Origin: an uncultured Spirochaetota bacterium
GTDB lineage: Bacteria; Spirochaetota; Brevinematia; Brevinematales; JAOACQ01
NCBI GenBank assembly: GCA_963768055.1
Contig: CAVYGN010000002.1
Coordinates: 864,001-928,000, forward strand
DNA length: 64,000 nt
Reading direction: 5' to 3'
The notes under the pieces were generated by a model, which saw only the letters and a list, made by a program, of their open reading frames with translations, had not been told where the DNA came from and did not search any database. The position numbers and the translations under genes were made by a program. Within the stretch, counting starts at the first letter, position 1. The number at the start of each line of letters is the position of its first letter. Positions 30,799 through 40,646 of the stretch are shown here, one piece after another.

Positions 30799-31152
30799 CT
30801 AATCCTTTTCCCTGTAGATTTCCACGCCTACACTCCTTGCGAACCTCAGGGCAGATGGTTTTTCAACAAGGACTTTTACGCCTTTTACGCCTCTGAAACC
30901 CAGGCATAATCCGGCAATTTTATCGGCCAGGGCTTCGACAAGGAAAAAACTGGAAGATTCAACGGTTTCAAAGACCCTTTTTTTTATGGCCCTGTAATCG
31001 ACAGCATCCTCAAAAAGGTCCGTCGAACCTGCTTTTTTCAGATCGGCGGTAAGGGTTATATTGATTATAACGTCCTGTTTTTCCCTCCTTTCTTCATCGT
31101 TAATGCCTATGATACACCGCGCCAGGAGGTCTTTAATAAAAATGCTGTCCAT
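30799..31152 (-). CDS. folB: Dihydroneopterin aldolase/epimerase (FolB/FolX family)
   Basis: IIGINDEER..Q, VDY, LVE, KPSALRFARSV. Confidence 0.82.
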   Translation of the reverse strand: MDSIFIKDLLARCIIGINDEERREKQDVIINITLTADLKKAGSTDLFEDAVDYRAIKKRVFETVESSSFFLVEALADKIAGLCLGFRGVKGVKVLVEKPSALRFARSVGVEIYREKD

Positions 31153-31162
31153 TCAGAGCTCC

Positions 31163-31897
31163 TCACATACTCATTCCGCCGTCCACATAAACTATTTCAC
31201 CGGTAATGAATTCGTTCCTTACTAAAAAAATAACCGTTTGAGCTATATCCCGGGGGCTGCCATGCCGCTTCAACGGTATGGTTTCAATAAAATTATCCAG
31301 GTAAGCATCGTCTTTTCCGGCGGGGGGCAGTATCAACCCCGGCGCTACCGCGTTGACCCTTATACCCGGGGCGAATTCCCTGGCCATTATTAAAGTAAAA
31401 GATTCAAGGAGTTTTTTACTTAGTATATAGGCTGTATGGAATGAATCAAAGCCCCTTATCCTTGAGTCAAGGAGGTTGATTATAACGCCCTTACCTGATT
31501 TTAAAGCGAAAGACCTGCCCAGGTAAAAAGGTACCCAGGCGTTGACATGAATATTCCTTACAAGATCCTGCCACTCTATATCTTTCACAGTGCCGGCAGG
31601 AAAAATCGAAGCGCTGTTTATAAGAATATCCAGATGGCCGCACACTGCCGCAGCTTTGTCTATAAGGTTTTCAAATTCCGCAGTTTTATCAAAGTCCGAA
31701 CGTATCGTCCAGCATTTTACGTTTTCCTTTTCAAGGAGGCTGGCGAGATTTTCGGCCTCAATCGGCGAATCCTTATAATGGATAATGATATTTACTCCTT
31801 TAGATGCGAGCGCCAGCGCGATCTCTTTCCCTATCCTCTTCGCGCCGCCTGTAACAAGGGCGTTTTTCCCCTTCAGCAAATCGGTATGCATCTTCAC
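31163..31897 (-). CDS. Pteridine reductase (FolM/PTR1-like SDR)
   Basis: TGGAKRIG, HY..S, INSASIF, AY..SK, RVNAVAPG; lies in pterin operon. Confidence 0.78.
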   Translation of the reverse strand: MKMHTDLLKGKNALVTGGAKRIGKEIALALASKGVNIIIHYKDSPIEAENLASLLEKENVKCWTIRSDFDKTAEFENLIDKAAAVCGHLDILINSASIFPAGTVKDIEWQDLVRNIHVNAWVPFYLGRSFALKSGKGVIINLLDSRIRGFDSFHTAYILSKKLLESFTLIMAREFAPGIRVNAVAPGLILPPAGKDDAYLDNFIETIPLKRHGSPRDIAQTVIFLVRNEFITGEIVYVDGGMSM

Positions 31898-31915
31898 TCC
31901 TACAGAGCATTTGCG

Positions 31916-32230
31916 TCAAAGCAGGTTTATTTTTGCAGCCAGTATAAAGTCGTTCATTGACAATCCGCCGATCTTGTGAGTTACAAGGTCAATCCTTACT
32001 TTATTGTAATAAATTGAAATATCGGGATGATGATCTTCATTAATAGCTAAATCGGCAACACAATTTACAAACTGTATTGCCCGGTCAAAGTCTCTCAGTT
32101 CGAATTGGCGTGAAAGGACGCCGTTCTTTAATTCCCACCCTTCTATTTCTTTCAATAACTTTTCCGCTTCCGCTGTGGAAAGGGGAGGGGTTTCTTTATC
32201 AAGTCTTGTACATTTTAAATCGCTCAGCAT
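31916..32230 (-). CDS. phhB: Pterin-4a-carbinolamine dehydratase
   Basis: EDHHPD, THKIGGLS.NDFILAAKI. Confidence 0.9.
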   Translation of the reverse strand: MLSDLKCTRLDKETPPLSTAEAEKLLKEIEGWELKNGVLSRQFELRDFDRAIQFVNCVADLAINEDHHPDISIYYNKVRIDLVTHKIGGLSMNDFILAAKINLL

Positions 32231-32239
32231 TATTTTCTC

Positions 32240-33448
32240 CTAAAAAACAATAGCGTTCTTAAGCTCTCCCTTGTTCAATTTTTCCTGTTTTTTTATAATT
32301 TCCCTCGCTTCGTCAATTTTTTCCCATACATTACAGAGCATTACGCCCTTCACCCTGCCTTCTTTTAAATAATAAGTTATGCCGGTAACGTATTCCTTTT
32401 TCCAGAAAGAGGCGGTTTCAAGCCTCGGATCGAGCTCTCCGGCCGCTTCGTATCCGAATTCGAACAGATCGGAAAAGAAATATGGCATGTGTTCATAGGG
32501 TGTTTTTTCACCGGCCATGTTTTTACCGGCGGTTTTACCCTGCCATATAGAATTGTCCCAATGCTCAACCCGGGTCCGTTCTCCCAGCGCCTTTAAAATA
32601 AAATTGGTGTTATCGCCGGCTGAATATATATCAGGGTCTTTAGTCTGCAGGAATTCGTTCACAATTATTCCATTATTAACTTCGAGGCCGGCTTTTTCAG
32701 CGAGGATGGAATTCGGCATGATGCCTATGCCTGCAATGATGAAATCAGTGTCAATCTCCCTGCCGTTCTTTGTCCTTGTAAATATTCCTCCCTTCCTTTT
32801 CTCGATTGAAGCCGGTAGGTCGCCGTTTAAGATTTTGATGCCGCGTTCAATATAATTTTTTTGTATCGATCTGCCGAGCCCTTCTGTAAAAACCCTGTAT
32901 GCAAGATAGTCTTCGGGAAATATCATGGTGACGTCGACTTTATTTTTATTCAGGGCGGCGGCGAGTTCGGAACCAATAAAGCCGCCTCCTATTATAAGCG
33001 CTTTGCATCCCTCGCCGGCGAAACTTCGGATGTTTTTATAATCGTTAAGGGTCCTGAAATAACAAATCTCCTCCATCCTGCCGCCTGGAATATCCATCCT
33101 TCGCGGAGTTCCCCCTGTTGCCAGAAGCAGTTTTGAAAACCTGATCGAACGGCCGTCATCCAGAACAACGGATTTTTCGGCAGGTTTGACTTCCAGGGCT
33201 GAATTACCAAGGGATAAGTCCACACCCTTGTCTTTATAAAAAGAGTCATCGTGAAGAAATATTTCTTCGACTTTCTTTGTGCCGAACCAGAGCTTTTTTG
33301 TCAGCGGAGGCCTGTCATAGGGCATATTTTTCTCATCGCCGGCAAGAAGGATTTCACCCTTTGGGTCTATTTCCCTTATCCCCTCGACTGCCGACACGCC
33401 GGCAAGACCGCTGCCGATAATAACATATTTATAACTGTTTTCAGGCAT
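32240..33448 (-). CDS. FAD/NAD(P)-dependent oxidoreductase (ferredoxin reductase/MDHAR-like)
   Basis: GSGLAG, PYDRPPL, GGGFIGSE, RVEHW, PYFFSD. Confidence 0.85.
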   Translation of the reverse strand: MPENSYKYVIIGSGLAGVSAVEGIREIDPKGEILLAGDEKNMPYDRPPLTKKLWFGTKKVEEIFLHDDSFYKDKGVDLSLGNSALEVKPAEKSVVLDDGRSIRFSKLLLATGGTPRRMDIPGGRMEEICYFRTLNDYKNIRSFAGEGCKALIIGGGFIGSELAAALNKNKVDVTMIFPEDYLAYRVFTEGLGRSIQKNYIERGIKILNGDLPASIEKRKGGIFTRTKNGREIDTDFIIAGIGIMPNSILAEKAGLEVNNGIIVNEFLQTKDPDIYSAGDNTNFILKALGERTRVEHWDNSIWQGKTAGKNMAGEKTPYEHMPYFFSDLFEFGYEAAGELDPRLETASFWKKEYVTGITYYLKEGRVKGVMLCNVWEKIDEAREIIKKQEKLNKGELKNAIVF

Positions 33449-33582
33449 AAAACCCTCCGTTATCGTCTCTTTAATAATTTAAGCAATTTGCTAAAAAAAG
33501 AAAAGCCTGAAAGGGAAAGAATCGGGAATAACAGCCGGTCTTTTTTGATTTTTAGGACTTTCTTTTATAAAATTAATATAAA

Positions 33583-33684
33583 TGTCATTTCGAGGATAAC
33601 AGCCCCTAAAGGGGCTGTATGACGAGAAATCTTGCCCCGTAGAGGATAAACCCATACAAGATAAACGCAGCGCTCGAAATGACA
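33583..33684. repeat. Palindromic dispersed repeat, family 1, full copy
   Basis: Perfect 12-bp TIR TGTCATTTCGAG/CTCGAAATGACA, internal GAGAAATCT. Confidence 0.85.
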
Positions 33685-33713
33685 GTCGGATCAATTGAGG
33701 AGTACAGTATCAA

Positions 33714-34190
33714 ATGAGGAAAATAATCAACCCGTTTACCGGAATATCCGGATACAACTGCTTCGGCTGTTCGCCTTTTAACGAACATGGGATGAAAATG
33801 GAATTCTTCGAGGACGGCGACGAGGTTGCCGCCGTATGGGACCCTAGCGATCATTTCCAGGGATATGGGAAAATCCTTCATGGAGGAATCCAGGCAACCC
33901 TCATGGACGAGCTAGCAAGCTGGTATATATATGTTAAGATGAATACGGCCGGAGTTACAGCCGGTATTGACGTAAAATATGTCAAGCCCGTTCGTACCGA
34001 CAAGGGTCCGATCGAGATCCGTTCGATATTGAAAGAAACCCGGAAAAATATAATGCTTATATCGACCGAATTGAAAGATAATTCGGGAATTTTATGCGCA
34101 AAAGCGGTAGTATCGTATTATACTTACCCTGAAAAGATCGCGAGGGCAAAGTTGCATTATCCCGGAAGGGATGCATTTTTTGAAAAATAA
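33714..34190 (+). CDS. PaaI-family hotdog thioesterase
   Basis: CFGC, HGGIQATLMDE. Confidence 0.88.
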   Translation: MRKIINPFTGISGYNCFGCSPFNEHGMKMEFFEDGDEVAAVWDPSDHFQGYGKILHGGIQATLMDELASWYIYVKMNTAGVTAGIDVKYVKPVRTDKGPIEIRSILKETRKNIMLISTELKDNSGILCAKAVVSYYTYPEKIARAKLHYPGRDAFFEK

Positions 34191-34204
34191 TAAGGAGGAC
34201 TTTT

Positions 34205-34504
34205 ATGCCTGGAAACCCTCTTGAAACTATCACTTCCATTGACCCCGAATTCATGGATTTTATAAAGGGTTCGGAAAAGCTCGTCTATGGCGACGGCGCT
34301 CTCCCAAGGAAGATTAAACTATTGATAGCCCTGGCGTTCGATGCTGCCAATGGCGCTGAGGAGGGGGTGAAATCCCTGGCGAATGCCGCCCTGAAAGCCG
34401 GTTCAAGTAAGATGGAAATCGCCGAAGCGCTGAGGGTTGCTTACCATCTTTCAGGAGTCGGAAGCATTTATACGGCTTCCAGAGGCCTTAACGGCGTTTT
34501 TTAA
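34205..34504 (+). CDS. Carboxymuconolactone decarboxylase family protein
   Basis: GALPRKIKLLIALA, ALKAG.S..EI.EAL. Confidence 0.82.
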   Translation: MPGNPLETITSIDPEFMDFIKGSEKLVYGDGALPRKIKLLIALAFDAANGAEEGVKSLANAALKAGSSKMEIAEALRVAYHLSGVGSIYTASRGLNGVF

Positions 34505-34593
34505 TAAGGGTTATTAGAAGCGCCCGAATTGTAATACACTTAAATTTTATTCCATTTTTTTTTCAATGATGCTATAATTCAAACTGAAATCAA

Positions 34594-35262
34594 ATGGGAT
34601 CAATTATGGATATTTTTACTATCGTTATAAACGGTTTTTCAAACCTTGAAAGCAGCATGGATATTCTCATTTTTAATCATGGCGTTTTAACTTATTTATT
34701 TCTATTCCTGTTCATATTTTGCCAGACAGCATTCATCTTCCTGTCGTTTCTCCCCGGGGATTCGATTCTCTTCGCCACTGGAGCACTGGCAGCTACCGGT
34801 TCCTTCGAATGGTATATTCTCATCCCTATTCTTATTATAGCGGCTTTCCTGGGAAACATCTGTGATTACTGGATAGGCTATTTCATTGAAGAAAGGGCGT
34901 TCCATGAGAAAAAAAAAGGAATATTCAATATCAATAATCTAATAAAAGCCCATAAATTTTATGAAAAATACGGTTCTATCACAATTATATTCTCACAGTT
35001 CATTGTTTTTATCAGGGCTTTCGCACCGTTCATAGCCGGTATCGCAAGGATGAATTTCAGGAAATTTTTAATTTTTAATATTACGGGCGCAATACTCTGG
35101 GTCTCGTCTTTTGTTACAATGGGAATGCTTTTAGGGGAAATACCTTTCTTAAAGGATAATCTATTGTTATCCATCACTATATTTTTTATTTTTTCCATCA
35201 TTTTCCTGCCTTTATTGGTAATCATTATTAAAAAATTCGGAAAGGTTGAAAAAGCAGGATAA
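34594..35262 (+). CDS. DedA family membrane protein
   Basis: FLPGDSILF, FYEKYG, RAFAPFIAG. Confidence 0.88.
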   Translation: MGSIMDIFTIVINGFSNLESSMDILIFNHGVLTYLFLFLFIFCQTAFIFLSFLPGDSILFATGALAATGSFEWYILIPILIIAAFLGNICDYWIGYFIEERAFHEKKKGIFNINNLIKAHKFYEKYGSITIIFSQFIVFIRAFAPFIAGIARMNFRKFLIFNITGAILWVSSFVTMGMLLGEIPFLKDNLLLSITIFFIFSIIFLPLLVIIIKKFGKVEKAG

Positions 35263-35341
35263 ACTCAGAAAGTGAAATACTCAAGGTTTTGGGATATCAG
35301 GTCAGGTTGAAAATTGTCAAATAAACAGCCTGGAGTGTTTT

Positions 35342-36466
35342 ATGAATAACAGCAGGGATATTAAGAGATACCAAGATAATTTACGCTCCGAAAAAGACGC
35401 CATTGCCCTTTATACACAGCTTGCCGATTCGGAGAAGACCCCTGAACTTAAAAAGATCTATTTAAAGCTTTCCGATACTGAAAAAAAGCATGCCCTTTTC
35501 TGGGAAGAAAAACTAAAGGCCTTGGGCGGCAAAGTTCCCTTATTCAAGCAAACCATAAAGACAAGGTTCTATGGATGGATTGCCCGAAAGATCGGGCCTT
35601 CAGCGGTTCTGCCGGCTCTCGCATCTATTGAAAAATCAGCGGCCTCAGGATATGACGGCCAGCCTGAAGCGGATGGGACCCGCATGCCCTCCGATGAAAG
35701 GTCCCATGCGAGGGTTTTCAAGTATCTATCAAATACTGCAGGCGGGGTAAAGGGCAGCGACCTGGCTAAATTCGAGGGGAGGCACCGTACCGGGGGAGGA
35801 AACGCTTTAAGGGCCGCAGTGCTGGGCGCAAACGACGGGCTTGTATCGATCTTCTGCCTTGTCATGGGAGTAGCCGGTGCGGGGATAGAAACCCGGTACA
35901 TACTTTTGACCGGATTATCAGGACTGCTGGCCGGGTCCCTTTCAATGGCGCTTGGCGAATGGCTCTCCGTTCAGAATTCCAGGGAATTTTATGAAAACCA
36001 GATCGGAATAGAAAGAGCCGAACTGGAAGAAGCCCCTGAAGAGGAAATTGAAGAACTCGCGCTTATTTACCAGGCGAAGGGCATCGAAGAAAAAGCCGCA
36101 AAGGAGCTTGCCGGCCGCATGTTCGTGGATCCTAAAGCCATGCTCGACACCCTTTCAAGGGAGGAACTCGGGATCAACCCGGAGGAATTGGGCGGTTCTC
36201 CTCTTTCAGCGGCAGTAACTTCTTTCCTTCTTTTCGCAGCCGGCGGCATCCTGCCGGTAATACCTTACCTGTTCCTTGCCGGCTTTCGAGGCATAATCGC
36301 AAGCGCAATTTTGAGCGCGGCGGGCCTCTTCACTATAGGCGGGCTTACAACATTTATGACTGGAAAACCCCTGCTGGCGGCCGGCCTTAGGCAGGTCCTG
36401 GTCGGCCTTGCAACAGCGGCGGTGACATTCGCCGCAGGGAGCCTTATAGGCGGAAATTTGAGGTAA
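35342..36466 (+). CDS. VIT1/CCC1 Fe/Mn transporter with N-terminal ferritin-like domain
   Basis: EKKH and ERSH motifs; LRAAVLGANDGLVS, SMALGEWLS. Confidence 0.88.
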   Translation: MNNSRDIKRYQDNLRSEKDAIALYTQLADSEKTPELKKIYLKLSDTEKKHALFWEEKLKALGGKVPLFKQTIKTRFYGWIARKIGPSAVLPALASIEKSAASGYDGQPEADGTRMPSDERSHARVFKYLSNTAGGVKGSDLAKFEGRHRTGGGNALRAAVLGANDGLVSIFCLVMGVAGAGIETRYILLTGLSGLLAGSLSMALGEWLSVQNSREFYENQIGIERAELEEAPEEEIEELALIYQAKGIEEKAAKELAGRMFVDPKAMLDTLSREELGINPEELGGSPLSAAVTSFLLFAAGGILPVIPYLFLAGFRGIIASAILSAAGLFTIGGLTTFMTGKPLLAAGLRQVLVGLATAAVTFAAGSLIGGNLR

Positions 36467-36484
36467 AAACCACCCTCTCCCGGT

Positions 36485-36829
36485 TTATTGCGACTTTATC
36501 ATCTTATCCCAGGTTACGTCGCTTTTTATTTCCATACCGGTAAATGCTGATTGGAAATACTTTAAAAGCAAGTCTTCAAATTGAGAATGATATATTTCGT
36601 AAGTATCTTTATAATTATCGCCAGTGCATATGCCTGTAAATCCGAATATCAGGCAATCCGGGAAATTGCAGTAATAAGCGGTAAAATAGCCCCGGCTTTT
36701 CCACTCCCCCGGTTTATATATAAAATGCTCATTTTCATAATCCCATTCTATAACACGGCTTTCGGATATTTTATTGATAATGAACTTTAATAAGGTCTCA
36801 GGCCTTTTTGTATGAATAAAAATAGCCAT
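36485..36829 (-). CDS. Hypothetical protein
   Basis: 114-aa ORF with G-rich RBS; no recognised motif. Confidence 0.55.
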   Translation of the reverse strand: MAIFIHTKRPETLLKFIINKISESRVIEWDYENEHFIYKPGEWKSRGYFTAYYCNFPDCLIFGFTGICTGDNYKDTYEIYHSQFEDLLLKYFQSAFTGMEIKSDVTWDKMIKSQ

Positions 36830-36886
36830 AAACCCCCCTTACCAATATCCTATCGGAATTGCAGCTATAATAAAGATGTGCTTTAA

Positions 36887-36997
36887 GGGCGGTTCCAAAA
36901 ACTAGATTTTCGGAAAACAATCGTAATAATGAATCTAATAATTCCGCCCAATGGGCACCACCTTGCTGCCCCAAAGGGGCAGTTATTAGAAGTGCCC
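36887..36997. mobile_element. MITE-like element, family 2
   Basis: GGGCGGTTCCAAAAA...TTATTAGAAGTGCCC flanked by TAA/TAA. Confidence 0.65.
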
Positions 36998-37001
36998 TAA
37001 A

Positions 37002-37469
37002 CTAAAACAAAAATTCCATTACATTTTCTTTTCGTTTAAACCCGAGCTTTTCATAAAGCATGACGCCCTCTCCGACAGCATGGAGCCAGACCCTCATACA
37101 GGGAACCTTGCTTGCTTCATCCATTATGATGTGGGTAATAATAGTTGCCAGGCCTTGCCGGCGGTATTCCGGAAGGGTATAAATATTGAATATATAAGCG
37201 TCGATCCCAGTTTCTTTAATCGACAGGGGCGGGTGTTTGAATATTAAAAAAGCCCCGGTTGAAACAATTTTATCATCCTTTTCAATGAACCATATTAAGG
37301 CCTCTTTAGAAGCCATGTTACGCAGGAAGAAGTCCCTGGATTTTTTCGCAAGAATTTCAGCCTCTTTTTCATTTCCTATAGTTCCCAGTTCCTGTAAAAA
37401 ATCAACCCTGAGCTTTGTGATAATATCTATATCGTCCAGTACCGCTTGCCTGACTTTGAATTTATCCAT
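37002..37469 (-). CDS. GNAT acetyltransferase
   Basis: YTLPEYRRQGLA, LYEKLGF; RBS GGAG before MDKFKV. Confidence 0.88.
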   Translation of the reverse strand: MDKFKVRQAVLDDIDIITKLRVDFLQELGTIGNEKEAEILAKKSRDFFLRNMASKEALIWFIEKDDKIVSTGAFLIFKHPPLSIKETGIDAYIFNIYTLPEYRRQGLATIITHIIMDEASKVPCMRVWLHAVGEGVMLYEKLGFKRKENVMEFLF

Positions 37470-38331
37470 GGATTTCTCCAAAAAATTCATATTCGTAGCT
37501 GTTTGTGTAAGAGTTCATAGGATTGGTGTTGTCATGCAGTACAAGTTTTTGAAGAAGGCCGTCGTCATTGTAATAGTAATTAATTTTTACAGTTGCCGTT
37601 TTATGGAGGCTCAGCTGTTCGCTCCTTTCCTGGTAGATCATGAGATTTTGAGAGTTGAATTTCTGTATAATGAGGTTTCCTTCGCTGTTAATTACTTCCT
37701 CTCTGGTGCCGTCTTCATCGTTATATTTTATTTCAGCATTATCTTCCACTGAACTTATATCATCGGAAATGACTTTAATAAGGCGTCCCTTCTCATCGTA
37801 TTTATTCTCCGTGGATAGTTTAAGTCCCTTCTTTTCTATATCTTTACGTATCAATTTGCCTTTATCGTCATATGAATAGACAGTTGATTCGATATTATTA
37901 TTTTCACTGCTCTCAATACGGGTTCCGGCTAATTGACCATTTTCGTTGTAATCGAAATATACGGCTTCGAAGGGTTTAGTTGAATCTTCATCGTCGAATT
38001 TTTCGATAGAAACGGTTCTATCCTGTTTATTGAATGTTGTAACTGTTTTATTATTTCCGCCGTCTAAAAAAAATTCCCTGTCGGTCTTTTTTGAGCCCCC
38101 ATACTCGGTTTTTACCATTGTTTTGATATTTTCGACAGGATACGAGTCTTCCCTGGCAATTGTGCGGCCCTTTTCGTCATATTTGATAATCTGTTCATGG
38201 ATTACGGAACCTTCGATGTCGAAATCCGTGATGGTTCTTTCTTTTATATCATCCGACAATTTATCAAGAGAAAGAAGGTATGAATCGCCCCGGCCGAATG
38301 AACGCCGGGTAGTGATCTTTTTAATGTCCAT
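37462..38331 (-). CDS. YD/RHS-repeat-like acidic protein
   Basis: Repeated YDEKGR, YNENGQ, YDDKGK, YNDDGL units. Confidence 0.65.
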   Translation of the reverse strand: MDIKKITTRRSFGRGDSYLLSLDKLSDDIKERTITDFDIEGSVIHEQIIKYDEKGRTIAREDSYPVENIKTMVKTEYGGSKKTDREFFLDGGNNKTVTTFNKQDRTVSIEKFDDEDSTKPFEAVYFDYNENGQLAGTRIESSENNNIESTVYSYDDKGKLIRKDIEKKGLKLSTENKYDEKGRLIKVISDDISSVEDNAEIKYNDEDGTREEVINSEGNLIIQKFNSQNLMIYQERSEQLSLHKTATVKINYYYNDDGLLQKLVLHDNTNPMNSYTNSYEYEFFGEIHG

Positions 38332-38388
38332 ATTTATTAAAACCTCGTCATAGTCATATACCTGGAATGCTTATTCGCGGCGGTGTAT

Positions 38389-38709
38389 CTAATCTTTTTT
38401 TTCTCTCTTATCAGCCCTGAACGCGAATAGAAATGATACAAAACCGATACCAAGAAATAAAAACAATGTAAACAAATTTAAACCGAACTGATAATCGAGC
38501 AATGCCGGAATAATAAGCCCGACAAACAAGCTTATTATTGCAGCGATTGCGTTGCCTGTGCGCGTAGCCATATAAGAATTTTTGAACCTTTTAGGCAGTT
38601 TGTCGATACTAAAACTCATATATAAATGCATCATACAATTGACAAAAGAGCATCCCGATAAAAAATAGAGAAAACAGTAACCGGTTTTAATAATGATCTC
38701 GTTTGACAT
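38389..38709 (-). CDS. Small membrane protein, unknown function
   Basis: About 3 hydrophobic segments; RBS GGAG. Confidence 0.55.
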   Translation of the reverse strand: MSNEIIIKTGYCFLYFLSGCSFVNCMMHLYMSFSIDKLPKRFKNSYMATRTGNAIAAIISLFVGLIIPALLDYQFGLNLFTLFLFLGIGFVSFLFAFRADKREKKD

Positions 38710-38905
38710 TGTTATTACTCCTTTTTTAATAAATTTAATATCATTGAATTATGGACATATTCAATATCTGCGGGCATATCATATCGAGAACGGGTACTGG
38801 TGCCCATGCGCTATTATAGCATTTATGATTTGCATTGGCAAAACTATTTTAATAAACCGTTTAATATCTCGACCGCATCTCTTAGGCATTACGGCCCCGC
38901 CGGTT

Positions 38906-39484
38906 TTAATATATGAACGGCAGCAGTCTTTTAGTCCTTTTCAAGTAATCCTTATATTCGTCTCCGAAATTATCTATCATCATCCTTTCTTCGATTCTGA
39001 TCCTGTATATATAGCTTACCAGGACTGATAGTGAAATAATGATTATACTGTAAATATTGCTTATAGAAATACCGGCGCCGATCAATAAAGAAATTACTCC
39101 AAGATAGCCCGGATTCCTGATGTACTTATATACGCCATGTGAGATGATTTTGTGATTTTTGGTTGTTCTCAATGTTTTTGTATAGAACCTTCCCAGGGTA
39201 AGGGCGGCGATTACTCTTTCCGATAATCCCGATACCATAATTAAAATTCCGATTAAATTAAAGGTTATAGAAAGATTGAAAGACCCGAATTTATAATAAT
39301 TCATAACCGGTGCTATAAAAACTAAAATGCAGGATATCACAAGCGCGAATGCGATAAAATTTGTGCTGCCTTTATCATAGGGGGTTTTCTCCATACTTTT
39401 TGCCTTAGGGCCTTTTCTTAACAATCTTTCAATAATAATAAAAGAAAAGATCAAGACGTCTGCGGTGATATAAATTATTATCAT
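38906..39484 (-). CDS. ICMT/PEMT-family membrane methyltransferase
   Basis: TLGRFY, GVYKYIRNPGY, RI..EE, FGDEY. Confidence 0.85.
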   Translation of the reverse strand: MIIIYITADVLIFSFIIIERLLRKGPKAKSMEKTPYDKGSTNFIAFALVISCILVFIAPVMNYYKFGSFNLSITFNLIGILIMVSGLSERVIAALTLGRFYTKTLRTTKNHKIISHGVYKYIRNPGYLGVISLLIGAGISISNIYSIIIISLSVLVSYIYRIRIEERMMIDNFGDEYKDYLKRTKRLLPFIY

Positions 39485-39614
39485 ATAACTCACCCTCTTC
39501 AAGACAATCCCGCTTAACCTATAACAAACTTTGTATAAAAATGATATTTTACAATTCATATTCTAAAATATAAATAATTAAAAATCAAAAGGATCAGGGC
39601 GGGGGGTATTCGTT

Positions 39615-40178
39615 ATGAACGACTTAAACAAGTCATGGGATAATAGGGCTGAGTCCAGGACACAGATAAAACTTACAGCCTCCTGCGAGCAGAACGGCAG
39701 TATTACGGAGTGTGATATTATCGACATATCGCCTCAGGGGATAGGCATCAGGGTTAAATGTCTTCTCGTACCCGGCGACGAGGTAAAAATAATTCTTGGC
39801 GACAATACCCTGCCTGCCAGGGTTGTACGGTCAAACGGGAATATGGCCGGATTATGGTTCCATGACCTGGGAGATACACAATTGAATTATGTAAAGTGGC
39901 TTTGCAGGAAAAGCGGCGAAGTAAATGCAGTATCTCCCGAAACTATGAAGGCCAATTATAAGACAAAGGTATATGTATTAAAGGCTGTATCTGAGAAAGA
40001 CGCCGGATTATTGGGGTTATTTATTGCATCGCTGAGAAAAAACTGCAAGGGGTTCGTTAAGGCGGCACCCGTTCAAAATGGAGCATTTCATGTCGAAATT
40101 TATGACAGCCCTTCTTCAGTGTCGTCTTTCGAATCCCTCTTAATGTTCTGGAAAGCCGGCAATTTAATAGTAAAATAA
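39615..40178 (+). CDS. PilZ-domain protein
   Basis: RAESR (RxxxR) and DISPQG (DxSxxG) motifs. Confidence 0.72.
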   Translation: MNDLNKSWDNRAESRTQIKLTASCEQNGSITECDIIDISPQGIGIRVKCLLVPGDEVKIILGDNTLPARVVRSNGNMAGLWFHDLGDTQLNYVKWLCRKSGEVNAVSPETMKANYKTKVYVLKAVSEKDAGLLGLFIASLRKNCKGFVKAAPVQNGAFHVEIYDSPSSVSSFESLLMFWKAGNLIVK

Positions 40179-40193
40179 TTACGGAGGAATATA

Positions 40194-40622
40194 ATGGTCT
40201 TTAAAGACTGCATCGACTTCTCGAATGAAACTATAATATGTTTTTTGGCGACCGCCGAGAAAGATCAGCCGAGAGTCAGGGCCCTTCAATTCTGGTTTGC
40301 GGATGAAACAGGTTTTTATTTTGAAACAGGTGACAATAAGCAGTTTTACCGGCAAATGAAGGAAAATCCTAAAACAGAGGTTTGTTTTTATAAGCCGGGG
40401 CCGAATTATACGACCGGCAGGATGCTCCGGATATCCGGCGAGGTCGAATTTATGAACGACAGGGCCCTTAAAGAAAAAGTGCTCCTTGACAGGCCCTTTT
40501 TAAAAAGTTTCGGTTTAAACGTCGACAGCCCGGGCCTGATAATATTCAGGATAGCGCATGGCCGGGCGCATTTCTGGACAATGGAAACGAATCTGAAACC
40601 GAAAGATTTTATTGATTTTTGA
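40194..40622 (+). CDS. Pyridoxamine 5'-phosphate oxidase-like FMN-binding protein
   Basis: FLAT..DQPRVR, K....Q..NPK.EVCF. Confidence 0.82.
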   Translation: MVFKDCIDFSNETIICFLATAEKDQPRVRALQFWFADETGFYFETGDNKQFYRQMKENPKTEVCFYKPGPNYTTGRMLRISGEVEFMNDRALKEKVLLDRPFLKSFGLNVDSPGLIIFRIAHGRAHFWTMETNLKPKDFIDF

Positions 40623-40646
40623 GAAATGGCAGTTGAATAACCACAG

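Noticed and set aside
36485..39484. Integron cassette array of short co-oriented genes
   Set aside because: No attC-like palindromes between the genes and no integrase
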